In this document: piece after piece, positions 18,928 through 28,832 of the stretch
Layout: the number at the start of each line of letters is the position of its first letter
Position numbering within the stretch: position 1 is the stretch's first letter
Notes under the pieces: model-generated
Database searches by the model: none
What the model was told of the DNA's origin: nothing
What the model saw: only the letters and a program-made list of their open reading frames with translations
Program-made: the position numbers and the translations under genes
Source of the DNA: an uncultured bacterium
GTDB lineage: Bacteria > Patescibacteriota > Dojkabacteria > SC72
Assembly: GCA_903840015.1 (NCBI GenBank)
Contig: CAIMEL010000004.1
Location: 97,452 to 161,451 of the forward strand
Length of the DNA stretch: 64,000 nucleotides
Direction: 5' to 3'

Positions 18928-21450
18928 ATGGAGATTTCAAGAAAGAGTGTAGTGATTGCATCTTCGATAATAGCTTTGGCAGGGTTAGGATTTGTAGCAT
19001 ATTCACTTCTAAATGAACAATCAGAAGAGGGTGGAGCTTGGTTCAATAGTAGCTGGATGTACAGAAGAAGTTTAACTGTTGAAAACACTGGCACGACATT
19101 AACGAATGAGGATGTGCTGGTAGAATTTGATACAGCGACTCTTGTAACGAACAGTAAATTACAAAGCGATTGTGATGATTTAAGATTTGTTGATAGTGAT
19201 GACAGCACTCTCTTGAAATATTGGATAGAAGGAGAGTGTAACACAACAAATACCCAAATATGGGTACAGATACCAAGCTTACCGAATGGTGGCAAAACAA
19301 TATATGTTTACTACGGTAACGATACAGCAACAAGTGCAGAGGAAACCTGGAGCGGAGATTTCATTTTACTCTCCGACACATCTTGTCCTACTGGATGGAG
19401 CCAAGATACAGCCTTTAACGACAGATTCATGTATGGAGCAACAACTGCAGGCACAGATTATACGCCGACACTTAGTACACATAACCACGGAGGTTCAAAA
19501 AGTATAACAACTGGGGGCCCTTCAACTACGGTTCCACCAAGAGATCCTGGAGCAGGAGGTTCTTCCGGTTCATCTTCAACACATACCCATACAGCAAGCA
19601 TACCCATAGCAAACGCAACTGTGTTACCACCATATATGGATATGTACGTCTGCACAAATTCAAGATTAAACCTTGAAACAAATCTTGTAACACTATTTGA
19701 TTCTGAGACATTGCCAACTGGATGGACACAGTTTTCAGGATTGACTAACAGATTTCCGAGAGGTGGCACATACAGTGGGACAGGAGCTGGTACAAGTACA
19801 CATACTCATACAGTATCAAATGCCACCAGCTCAGGAGCCAGTGCGACACTTTCATTGAACACTGGTTTTGTAAACTACAATGTCCAAAATATTACACAAG
19901 CTCACACTCATACCATATACCCAACTTGTGGGTCTGCAAATCATATACCACCATATAGACAGATGGTTTACGCTGAAGTCACATCATCAACCTACGATTA
20001 TGGAAACCTCGTCTCAATGTTTTCCGACGATCCACCATTAGGCTGGACCTATTTCTCAAGCTTAGAAGATAAATTCGGATATGGGGTGAGCACTTTTGGT
20101 ACAAGAGATGGAGGGACAAGCACACATACACATAGCATAACCACAACAAGTAGTACCCCATCCTCGAATAGAGATATAGATGGAGGATCTTCAGCAGTAG
20201 CTCGAGGGAATCACACTCATACAGGAAGCGGTACAACATCTGCAGAATCCAATATACCTTCATATCGCACTGTGATTTTTTACCAAAGAAAATCATCTGT
20301 AAGTGTAACAGACACAAATACACCTCCTGTGGAAGAAATGTACAATCAAACACCAAACGCTCCTTCCTCTTTGCTAACAGAAGGCTCTACAAACCCGACA
20401 GGTATAACAGATTTAACTCCAGAGTTCAGTGCTGTATACACTGATCCAGATACTGGAGATACTGCTACACATTACCAAGTGCAAGTAAACACATCATCTG
20501 ATTTTACTGGAACGTCTATGTGGGATTCAACAAAAACACTCTTTGGAACCGCATTGGATATAAATGATCGTTCGCCAGACATATCATACAATGGTTCAAC
20601 ATTACAATGGAGTAGTACATACTACTGGAGAATCAAATTTTGGGACAACAATGATTTCAACAATGAAGGACCTTGGTCTACTGGAGGTCAATTTACTACC
20701 AATTACAAGCCGAATCAACCATCCACACCATATACAAGTGGAAGTGCAAACCCAGTAAAAACAACACTCACTCCAACGTTCTCAGCAATTTTCTCAGATA
20801 CAGACGCACCGGATACAGGGGATTCATACCAGATACAGGTAAACACATCCTCTGATTTCACTGGGACGTCTATGTGGGATTCCACAAAAACAGCTTTCTC
20901 TCCAGTAATAAATAACAATACAAGATCATCTAACATTACATACAATGGTTCTTCCTTAGTCGCTGGTACACAATACTTTTGGAGAATTATGTTTTGGGAT
21001 AATAATGATTTGGAAAGTATATGGTCTACGACGTCCAATTTCATTACAGCTGGTCCACCACAAAACCCTTCAGCACTACTAACTGAGGGTAGGACAAATC
21101 CTGTTACAATTGTCGCAGGCTATCCCAATTTTTCAGCTTTCTACACAGACCCCAATGGTGATTCTGCAACATATTACGAAATCGAAATCAATTCCAGCGC
21201 TACATTTACAGGAACTGTAATGTGGGATACAGGTAAAACAGCCACATCCATAACTTCAAATACAAGATCTCCAGATTACACATATGATGGAGTCCCATTA
21301 ACTGATACAAACAATGTTTACTACTGGAGAATCCGATTCTGGGATAGTGATGATACCGTCAGTGATTGGTCCTCAACAGCTCAATTTACTGACAAATTTA
21401 CTCACCTCATAATCGATGGTCTTCAGTTAAAAGGTGTTAAAATCAATTAA
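18928..21450 (+). CDS. surface protein: TM, DUF2341, three phage-tail-fibre-like modules, three Fn3-like repeats
   Basis: WMYRRSL...DLRF...YW...IWV..P...IYVYYGN; P.GW/HxH/PPY modules; three YYWRI.FWD repeats; start at ATG 18928. Confidence 0.85.
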   Translation: MEISRKSVVIASSIIALAGLGFVAYSLLNEQSEEGGAWFNSSWMYRRSLTVENTGTTLTNEDVLVEFDTATLVTNSKLQSDCDDLRFVDSDDSTLLKYWIEGECNTTNTQIWVQIPSLPNGGKTIYVYYGNDTATSAEETWSGDFILLSDTSCPTGWSQDTAFNDRFMYGATTAGTDYTPTLSTHNHGGSKSITTGGPSTTVPPRDPGAGGSSGSSSTHTHTASIPIANATVLPPYMDMYVCTNSRLNLETNLVTLFDSETLPTGWTQFSGLTNRFPRGGTYSGTGAGTSTHTHTVSNATSSGASATLSLNTGFVNYNVQNITQAHTHTIYPTCGSANHIPPYRQMVYAEVTSSTYDYGNLVSMFSDDPPLGWTYFSSLEDKFGYGVSTFGTRDGGTSTHTHSITTTSSTPSSNRDIDGGSSAVARGNHTHTGSGTTSAESNIPSYRTVIFYQRKSSVSVTDTNTPPVEEMYNQTPNAPSSLLTEGSTNPTGITDLTPEFSAVYTDPDTGDTATHYQVQVNTSSDFTGTSMWDSTKTLFGTALDINDRSPDISYNGSTLQWSSTYYWRIKFWDNNDFNNEGPWSTGGQFTTNYKPNQPSTPYTSGSANPVKTTLTPTFSAIFSDTDAPDTGDSYQIQVNTSSDFTGTSMWDSTKTAFSPVINNNTRSSNITYNGSSLVAGTQYFWRIMFWDNNDLESIWSTTSNFITAGPPQNPSALLTEGRTNPVTIVAGYPNFSAFYTDPNGDSATYYEIEINSSATFTGTVMWDTGKTATSITSNTRSPDYTYDGVPLTDTNNVYYWRIRFWDSDDTVSDWSSTAQFTDKFTHLIIDGLQLKGVKIN
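20485..20892 (+). repeat. 54-nt intragenic direct repeat (20485-20538 and 20839-20892)
   Basis: Both copies encode VNTSSDFTGTSMWDSTKT with 4 synonymous differences. Confidence 0.85.
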
Positions 21451-21470
21451 ATACGATATAATTGCCTTCT

Positions 21471-22211
21471 ATGAGTTTAAAACATGATTCTTTCAAAAAA
21501 TTAAGAAAAGAAAAAAGTAAATGGAAAGTAGATACACCTGAAGAATTTGAAATTCGGGAAGATGCTTTCTTAAAGGAAAGGTTGCAAAGTAAAGAACCTG
21601 ATATCAAAGCAACCGTAAGAATAACTGCTGGCAAAGTTAAAAATTTCATCATAGAAATACCTCGTGCTACAAGACCAATGACAGACAGGATGAAGGTAAG
21701 AGTTTTTGATATTCTAAAAGAGGATATTGTTAAAAAAGATATTCTAGATCTCTATGCAGGAGCAGGCTCTTTTGGCTTGGAAGCACTATCACGAGGAGCA
21801 AGCACTGTAACATTCGTAGATGCCTCTAAGAATGCGGACTTTGTTATCAAGAAGAACGTTGCTCATACAGGATTTTTAACACAGAGTGAGATAGTGAAAG
21901 AAAAAGTAGAAGATTTTCTTTTCAAAGCAACAAATCAAGAAGAGAGAAAAACTTTCGACATCATATTCCTCGATCCACCTTACAAGCTATTCAATACGAA
22001 GAAAACTTTCAAAATGGAATCCATTATCAACCTATCAACTAAACTTCTTTCTGGAGTAGCAAATCCAAAGAAAAAAGGATTCAAGGGAGCAATCATTATA
22101 AAGCATCCGAAACGATATGATTTAGAGAAATTAAAGCTTGAGAATATTCAAAGAATTGAAGAGATATCCTTCGGATTAAATTCCATCTCTTTCTTCATTG
22201 TTAAAACCTAA
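21471..22211 (+). CDS. rsmD: RsmD family methyltransferase with N-terminal extension
   Basis: RITAG, TRPMTD, LDLYAGAGSFGLEALSRGA, FLDPPY. Confidence 0.85.
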   Translation: MSLKHDSFKKLRKEKSKWKVDTPEEFEIREDAFLKERLQSKEPDIKATVRITAGKVKNFIIEIPRATRPMTDRMKVRVFDILKEDIVKKDILDLYAGAGSFGLEALSRGASTVTFVDASKNADFVIKKNVAHTGFLTQSEIVKEKVEDFLFKATNQEERKTFDIIFLDPPYKLFNTKKTFKMESIINLSTKLLSGVANPKKKGFKGAIIIKHPKRYDLEKLKLENIQRIEEISFGLNSISFFIVKT

Positions 22212-22216
22212 CCACA

Positions 22217-22245
22217 TTGCAAATTTTTTCTTAAAAATATAAAAT
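22217..22245 (+). promoter_or_regulatory. sigma70 promoter of the thrS operon
   Basis: TTGCAA-17-TAAAAT. Confidence 0.65.
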
Positions 22246-22369
22246 AGCTACTAATGTATAAACAGTTCGGTATTAACAAAATCAAAATCAGCAAGATAGT
22301 TTTCCCCACACACCTTTTTTAATGATACGATCCTTTTTCACAACACTTTAAATTTTTTTACTTTTAATC

Positions 22370-24142
22370 ATGGATTCTGAAAATATATCTAAATTAGAAA
22401 AGATGAGACATTCTGCCTCTCATGTGTTAGCACATGCCATTTTGAAACTATACCCTGACACAAAATTGGGTATCGGCCCTGCTATAGACAATGGTTTTTA
22501 CTACGATTTTGATTTTACAGAACCAATAGAGGAGGAAGACCTAAAAAAGATTGAGAAAGAGATGAGAAAGATAATTAAAGAAGGGCTGACTATCGAGCAA
22601 ATCTTTATGTCACGAAAAAACGCCATAGATTACTATCAAAAAACAGATCAAACTTACAAATTAGAGTTACTTGAGGAGATTCCAGGAGAGGAACTCAGTT
22701 TCTTTGTAACTGGAGATAATGAGTTTGCAGACCTATGTAGAGGCCCTCATATCAGTAACACTAAAGAGATAGGGGCTATAAAATTGACGAAAACCGCAGG
22801 GGCATATTGGAGAGGAGATGAGACGAAGAAGATGTTAACCAGAATATATGGAACTGCGTTTGAAACAAAAGAGGAGCTTGAAAAATACCTTAAGGATCAG
22901 GAGGAGCTTGAGAAGAGAAATCATCGTAAACTTGGTAAACAGCTAGAGCTCTTTACCATTATTCCAGAAGTAGGACAAGGTTTGCCAATATGGCTACCTA
23001 GAGGATATGTCATGAGAAGAATACTAGAGGAATATATGTTAGAACTCGAAAGAGAAGCAGGATATGAACATATACTAACTCCACATATTAATAAGGAAAT
23101 ACTATTTCAAACTTCTGGACATTTACAATTCTACAAAGATTCTATGTATGCACCAATAACAGTTGAGGATGAAACCTACTACTTGAAACCTATGAACTGT
23201 CCAGCAGCAATGATGGTATACAAAATGACTCCAAAGAGTTACAGAGAGCTACCATACAAGCTTGGAGAGCTTGGAACTGTGTATAGATATGAGAAGAGTG
23301 GTGAGTTACATGGATTACAGAGAGTTAGAGGTTTTACACAGAATGATGCCCATCTGTTCTGTACTCCAGAGCAACTGGAAAGTGTTTTGAATGAAACTCT
23401 TGATTTGTTAGATATTTTCTACAAAGATGTGGGGTTCACCAATTACAAGTTTAGATTATCTCTATCAAGTAAAACAGAAAAGCAGGAGAAATATGCTGGA
23501 GATCCTGAGAAATGGGAATTTGCAGAGAATGCATTGAGAAAAGTATTAATAGATAGGGGATTAGAATTTGAAGAAATGCCTGGAGATGCAGCATTCTATG
23601 GACCTAAAATAGATATACAGGCAGTAAATGTTTTTGGGAAGGAAGACTCAGTATCAACTATGCAATTAGACTTCAATCTTCCTGAGAAATTCCAAATAAC
23701 ATATATAGATAGCGAGGGGAAAGAGAAACAGCCTTATGTAATTCACAGAGCATTAATAGGTTCCTTCGAGAGATTCTTCTCATTTCTGATAGAACATCAT
23801 GGTGGAGATTTCCCACTTTGGTTTACACCTGAGCAGGTATGTATTATACCTATTTCAGAGAAACAGAATGAATATGCATCAGGAGTATTCAAAAAACTTA
23901 AAGATGCAAAATTAAGGGTCAAGTTAGATATTAGGAACAAGAGTATGCAGGCACGAATTCGTGATGCAGAGAAAATGAAAATCCCTTACATCATAGTAGT
24001 GGGAGACAAAGAGATAGATACAGAAACAATATCTGTCAGGGCTAGAAGTAACAAGGAAGAGGGTCTTATGAAAGTACAGGAATTCATAGACAATCTCAGA
24101 GAAGAGATTAGAACGAAAGAAACTTTCACTAATAATATATAA
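22370..24142 (+). CDS. thrS: threonine--tRNA ligase (no N-terminal TGS domain)
   Basis: RHSASH, DLCRGPH, KPMNCP, YRYEKSG, AAFYGPK, HRA. Confidence 0.98.
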   Translation: MDSENISKLEKMRHSASHVLAHAILKLYPDTKLGIGPAIDNGFYYDFDFTEPIEEEDLKKIEKEMRKIIKEGLTIEQIFMSRKNAIDYYQKTDQTYKLELLEEIPGEELSFFVTGDNEFADLCRGPHISNTKEIGAIKLTKTAGAYWRGDETKKMLTRIYGTAFETKEELEKYLKDQEELEKRNHRKLGKQLELFTIIPEVGQGLPIWLPRGYVMRRILEEYMLELEREAGYEHILTPHINKEILFQTSGHLQFYKDSMYAPITVEDETYYLKPMNCPAAMMVYKMTPKSYRELPYKLGELGTVYRYEKSGELHGLQRVRGFTQNDAHLFCTPEQLESVLNETLDLLDIFYKDVGFTNYKFRLSLSSKTEKQEKYAGDPEKWEFAENALRKVLIDRGLEFEEMPGDAAFYGPKIDIQAVNVFGKEDSVSTMQLDFNLPEKFQITYIDSEGKEKQPYVIHRALIGSFERFFSFLIEHHGGDFPLWFTPEQVCIIPISEKQNEYASGVFKKLKDAKLRVKLDIRNKSMQARIRDAEKMKIPYIIVVGDKEIDTETISVRARSNKEEGLMKVQEFIDNLREEIRTKETFTNNI

Positions 24143-24164
24143 ATTAATACCTATTACTTTATTA

Positions 24165-24695
24165 ATGTACCAAGAGAAGAAGAAAGATTACGGTCCAAGA
24201 AGAAATGAATATATTCGAGTACCTAGAGTTCAATTGATAGGGGCTCAAGGGGAGAATTTGGGAGTTGTAGAAACAGGAAAAGCATTGATTTTGGCACAGG
24301 AAAGTGGACTGGATCTGGTAGAAGTAGGACCAAATGTAAGTCCACCGGTATGCAAAATTCTTGATTATTCAAAATATCTCTATCTGCAGAACAAGAAGAC
24401 AAGACAGAATAAAAATGGAAAGATGAAAGAAACAAAAGAATTCAGATTTTCACCAGTCATAGAACGGGCAGATATAGATCACAGAATTAAAAGATCTAAG
24501 GAATTTTTGAAGAAGGGTCACAATGTAAAAATCGTTGTAGTCAAAAAAGGGAGACAAACAAGAGAACAAGCTATGGATGTTTTCAACGATATATTGACTA
24601 ATTTCACCGATTATAGTAGTATCGAATCCGAATCTAAGTTCGAAGGAAATAGAATATCTTTGACTTTTAAACCAAATGGCAAGACAAAGAACTAA
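24165..24695 (+). CDS. infC: translation initiation factor IF-3
   Basis: RNEYIR, LDLVEV, PPVCKILDY; thrS-infC-rpmI-rplT synteny. Confidence 0.96.
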   Translation: MYQEKKKDYGPRRNEYIRVPRVQLIGAQGENLGVVETGKALILAQESGLDLVEVGPNVSPPVCKILDYSKYLYLQNKKTRQNKNGKMKETKEFRFSPVIERADIDHRIKRSKEFLKKGHNVKIVVVKKGRQTREQAMDVFNDILTNFTDYSSIESESKFEGNRISLTFKPNGKTKN

Positions 24696-24888
24696 CAAAA
24701 CTGCAAGGAAAAGAATTTCAATCTCTAACCCTAGAGGTAATAAAAAGGCTAAAGTAATGTATAAGCAGAGCCATCAGGGGCATTTGAAGACTAAAAAATC
24801 ATCTCGAGAGAAGAGAAGACAGAAATCAAATGCATTGGTAGAGAAAAACATAGCAAAGAAAATGATTGCCAAGATAGTTAACATCTAA
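24676..24888 (+). CDS. rpmI: 50S ribosomal protein L35
   Basis: Basic protein with RTNKTARKR and HLKTKKS; synteny. Confidence 0.85.
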   Translation: MARQRTNKTARKRISISNPRGNKKAKVMYKQSHQGHLKTKKSSREKRRQKSNALVEKNIAKKMIAKIVNI

Positions 24889-24898
24889 AGAAAATATT

Positions 24899-25237
24899 AT
24901 GAGAGTAAAAGGTGGAACAGTAAGACGAAGAAAACATAATAAAATCCTTTCAGCTACAAAAGGATACAGGATGACAAAAAACAACCTCTACAAGGTTGCT
25001 CATGAGGCATATCTACATGCTGGACAGTATGCATACGATCACAGACAGAAGAGGGCAGCTGTTGTGAGACGAATCTGGATTAACAAAATTAATGCAGCTT
25101 GTAAGAATAATAATATTCAATACAAAGATCTCATTAACAAATTAAAAACAAACAACATTGAGCTTAACAGAATGGTTTTGGCAGATATTGCATCAAATAA
25201 TTCAGAAGTGTTTTCATTTTTGGTAAAATCTTTGTAG
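24899..25237 (+). CDS. rplT: 50S ribosomal protein L20
   Basis: MRVKGG, KGY, WINKINAA, LNRMVLA. Confidence 0.97.
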   Translation: MRVKGGTVRRRKHNKILSATKGYRMTKNNLYKVAHEAYLHAGQYAYDHRQKRAAVVRRIWINKINAACKNNNIQYKDLINKLKTNNIELNRMVLADIASNNSEVFSFLVKSL

Positions 25238-25255
25238 AGTTTTTTAAAGCTTTTT

Positions 25256-25282
25256 AAAGGACTCTGCAAAGAGTCCTTTTTT
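25256..25282 (+). terminator. rho-independent terminator after rplT
   Basis: AAAGGACTCT-GCAA-AGAGTCCTTT followed by T tract. Confidence 0.85.
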
Positions 25283-25315
25283 GTTTACAAATATAATAGT
25301 ATACTTAAAACTATA

Positions 25316-26338
25316 ATGAACCAAATAGAAGATATACAAAAAGAATTTCAAATTGACAAAGAGAAACTTGATTATGCAGATATAAAAGAGAAATATCTTG
25401 GGAAACAGGGTTTACTCACTATTGCATTACAAGAGATAAGGAATATACCAGATGAACAGAGAGCGGAATATGGTAAGAAGGTAAACGATCTTAAGAATGA
25501 GATACTAGAAACACAAAACGTAGAACAACAAAAAACATATTCAAACAAAGAACGCATAGATCCTACAGCTCCATTTGATATTAATACCAAGGGAGAGAAA
25601 AGGAACAGGATATCACTAATATCCAAAGGTGCAGTTCACCCAATAACCAAGGAGGTGGAAACTCTTGTCGAGATATTCAAAGGTATGGGGTTTGATGTAT
25701 TGGAAAGTAGACAGATAGACGATGATTACCATATGTTCGAATCTGTAAACTTCCCCAAAGGTCACCCCGCCAGAGATATGTATGATACCTTTCTAACAGA
25801 AGATGGATATGTATTACCTGCACACACATCAACCATGCAAAACAGAGCACTCAAGCTATTTGGGCCTCCTCCAATAGCAGTTGTATTACCTGGCAGATGT
25901 TTTAGAAATGAGGCTACGGATGCTGGTCATGAACATACCTTTCATCAGATAGAAGGTGTATATGTAGACAAGGATATTTCACTTGGGAATATGTTAGCAA
26001 CAATCAAGACGTATCTGGAAGCATATCTCGAAAAGGAGTTGGAGGTCAAAGTACAACCTGCATATTTCCCATTTACAGAGCCTGACTGTGAGTTTGTCAT
26101 CAGCTGTCCTTTCTGTGACAAAGCAGGATGCAAAACATGTGGATATAGTGGTTGGATAGAAATAATGGGGTGTGGAATGATTCATCCAAATGTACTTCGA
26201 GAAGGTGGCATTGATCCTGATATTTACACAGGTTTTGCATGGGGTTTCGGTGTGGATAGGCTCACAATGATTAAAAAAGGCATTAAAGACATTCGACATC
26301 TGAGGGACTCTAACCTTAACTTCTTAGAACAGTTCTAA
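25316..26338 (+). CDS. pheS: phenylalanine--tRNA ligase alpha subunit
   Basis: HPARDMYDTF, HTS, FRNEATD, FHQIEG, YFPFTEP, GFAWGFGVDR. Confidence 0.97.
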   Translation: MNQIEDIQKEFQIDKEKLDYADIKEKYLGKQGLLTIALQEIRNIPDEQRAEYGKKVNDLKNEILETQNVEQQKTYSNKERIDPTAPFDINTKGEKRNRISLISKGAVHPITKEVETLVEIFKGMGFDVLESRQIDDDYHMFESVNFPKGHPARDMYDTFLTEDGYVLPAHTSTMQNRALKLFGPPPIAVVLPGRCFRNEATDAGHEHTFHQIEGVYVDKDISLGNMLATIKTYLEAYLEKELEVKVQPAYFPFTEPDCEFVISCPFCDKAGCKTCGYSGWIEIMGCGMIHPNVLREGGIDPDIYTGFAWGFGVDRLTMIKKGIKDIRHLRDSNLNFLEQF

Positions 26339-26339
26339 T

Positions 26340-28832
26340 ATGAAAACATCCATTAACCTCTTAAAACAATATGGTAATATCGATGCTTCAGACGAGAAAA
26401 TTATCCAACTAGTAAAGGATCATATTGGAGAGGTCGAGAGTACACACGATATCGGAGAGGAATACAAAAATATCACAATTGCTCAAGTGGTAGAAAAAGA
26501 GATTCATCCAGATTCAGAGAAACTGGGTGTATACAAAATAGATATTGGTGGAGACAATCATATTCAAGTAGTAGCAGGTGATAGGGAGCTACCTATTGGT
26601 GCGAAAGTGGCATACCTCGCTCCTGGAGCGACAGTACCATCTAGCGTAAATAGCCAGGAAAAACCCTTCGTAATTAAAGCAATCAAATTAAGAGGTGTAG
26701 AATCCCATGGTATGTTGGGCTCAGCCAGAGAATTAAATATTGGGAATGACCACAACAGAGTATTGATTTTGGAAGATGATGCACCTGTAGGAGAACCATT
26801 TGCGGAATACTATGATTTGAATGATGTCACTTTAGAGATAGAAAATAAAGCGCTGACAAATAGGGGAGATCTCTTTGGTATTCTTGGACTTTCTAGAGAA
26901 TTGACAGCAATTACTGGGAATCCTTTTACTAGCCCAACTTGGTACAACGGTCAGAACAATATCGAAGAACCTAATGGTAGAACATTACCCATAAAGGTTA
27001 TTAACGATGCAGAGATAACTTGTCCAAGATACTGTGCCGTTGTTTTAGAAAATGTAACTATTAAAGAATCTCCTGTATGGTTAAAATCTGCACTGATAAA
27101 ATCTGGTATCCGTCCGATAAACAATATGGTTGATATAACAAACTATATCTCCATACTCTTTGGTCAACCCTTACATGCTTTTGACTATGACAAGATCATC
27201 AACAACGATGAACACAGTAACGGAGAGGCCATTGTTAATATCCGTATGGCAAAGAATAACGAGAGTATGCTCGGGCTAGATGACAAAACATATACCCTTG
27301 ATGACTCTGTAATGGTCATTGCTGACAGCCTACATCCAATCGCAATTGCAGGCATTATCGGAGGCCAGAATACTGAGGTAGATAGTAATACTACACGAGT
27401 GATTTTGGAAGCAGCAAATTTTGAGAAAACAAGTATACGAAGGACTTCAATGAAACTCGGGATTTTTACGGATGCAGCAACACGATTTAAGAGAGCCCTT
27501 GATTTAAATCACTGTATGTCTGCCCTAAGCAGAGCAATTGATTTGGGGAAAGAGCTTACAGGGTCAAGTATAGCTTCCCGAATTATTGATATAAAACAAC
27601 CAATACCAGAAAATAAAAATATCTCATTAGATTTAAATCGTCTCAATACACACCTAGGTCTTTCACTTACCAAAGATACAGTGAAGAATATACTAACCAA
27701 TTTGGAATACAAGATAATTGAGGAATCAGATACTTCCTTAATTGTTGAAGTACCTTCTTGGAGACCAGATGTATCAATTCGAGAAGATATTCATGAGGAC
27801 ATTGGTAGAGTATATGGTTTTAATAACATACCCTTAGTATTACCTGAGAAGCAAATAGATACGAAACGAAAGAACAAGATCTTTGAGATGAAAAAAAGTA
27901 TTCGAAAAATACTTTCAGGCACAGGTGGATACGAAACCTTGAACTATAGTTTTGTTGATTCTAATCTTCTAAAGCGTTGTAATCTATCTCCTGATTCTGC
28001 TTTTAAATTAAAGAACCCGTTATCACCAGAACTCTCATTGATGAGGACATCGCTTTTGCCATCACTACTTTTAAAGGGACAAGAAAATATTCAAAGAGGT
28101 TTTGAGAATTTCATACTGTATGAATTAAACATCTTTCATAACCATAGTAGTTTTGATCAAGATAATTTACCTGAAGAGAACTGGTATCTATCAGCTATAA
28201 TTACAGAGAGAAATAAAACAGAGTTAGATGGTTCACCATACTATACTGCCAAGTACTATCTAGAAAGGCTTCTAAATGCAATAGGGAGAGAAAATATTAC
28301 ATATGATCTTGTAGCAGATCATTTAGAAATGGAATTACCGACAGAAATAAGGAATGTTTTACCTATGTTTGATCCCAACACTTCAGCCATCGTTAGCTTT
28401 AATGAGGTTCATCTAGGTATAATCGGAGAATTGAAAGAGGAGATCAAAGGGAACTTCAAACTTCCTCCACATAGTGCTGGATGGGAGATTAATATCACAG
28501 AATTAAGTAACATAGTAGAAAAAGCGAAAACACACAAGGAAACACCTATTTACCCATTCATCAAAGAGGATATATGTTTTGAGATAGACAAGGGAGTTAA
28601 ATACTCGGATATTGAGACTGATATAAAGAGGATTGTTAATAACAGTAAATTGATGGGTAGGGTGGAATGTTTAGATATTTACTCAAGTAAAGAATTGGTA
28701 GGGAAGAAAAGAATAACATACCGAATTGTAATATCTCATTATGAAAAAACTCTTGCAGAAAAAGATATACAAATAATAAAGAAACAAATAGAAGAAAATA
28801 TCTCCGAGAAATATAACGCTATAATTATCTAA
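26340..28832 (+). CDS. pheT: phenylalanine--tRNA ligase beta subunit
   Basis: tRNA-binding OB fold (LRGVESHGM), NRGD, PLHAFD, PSWRPD, NPLSPELSLMR. Confidence 0.96.
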   Translation: MKTSINLLKQYGNIDASDEKIIQLVKDHIGEVESTHDIGEEYKNITIAQVVEKEIHPDSEKLGVYKIDIGGDNHIQVVAGDRELPIGAKVAYLAPGATVPSSVNSQEKPFVIKAIKLRGVESHGMLGSARELNIGNDHNRVLILEDDAPVGEPFAEYYDLNDVTLEIENKALTNRGDLFGILGLSRELTAITGNPFTSPTWYNGQNNIEEPNGRTLPIKVINDAEITCPRYCAVVLENVTIKESPVWLKSALIKSGIRPINNMVDITNYISILFGQPLHAFDYDKIINNDEHSNGEAIVNIRMAKNNESMLGLDDKTYTLDDSVMVIADSLHPIAIAGIIGGQNTEVDSNTTRVILEAANFEKTSIRRTSMKLGIFTDAATRFKRALDLNHCMSALSRAIDLGKELTGSSIASRIIDIKQPIPENKNISLDLNRLNTHLGLSLTKDTVKNILTNLEYKIIEESDTSLIVEVPSWRPDVSIREDIHEDIGRVYGFNNIPLVLPEKQIDTKRKNKIFEMKKSIRKILSGTGGYETLNYSFVDSNLLKRCNLSPDSAFKLKNPLSPELSLMRTSLLPSLLLKGQENIQRGFENFILYELNIFHNHSSFDQDNLPEENWYLSAIITERNKTELDGSPYYTAKYYLERLLNAIGRENITYDLVADHLEMELPTEIRNVLPMFDPNTSAIVSFNEVHLGIIGELKEEIKGNFKLPPHSAGWEINITELSNIVEKAKTHKETPIYPFIKEDICFEIDKGVKYSDIETDIKRIVNNSKLMGRVECLDIYSSKELVGKKRITYRIVISHYEKTLAEKDIQIIKKQIEENISEKYNAIII

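Noticed and set aside
18928-21450. Prophage remnant
   Set aside because: No other phage genes; the protein has a TM anchor and cellular DUF2341/Fn3-like domains
24153-24167. Non-canonical ATT start for infC
   Set aside because: An in-frame ATT exists at 24153, but ATG 24165 is adequate; cannot be decided from sequence and the phenomenon is already known
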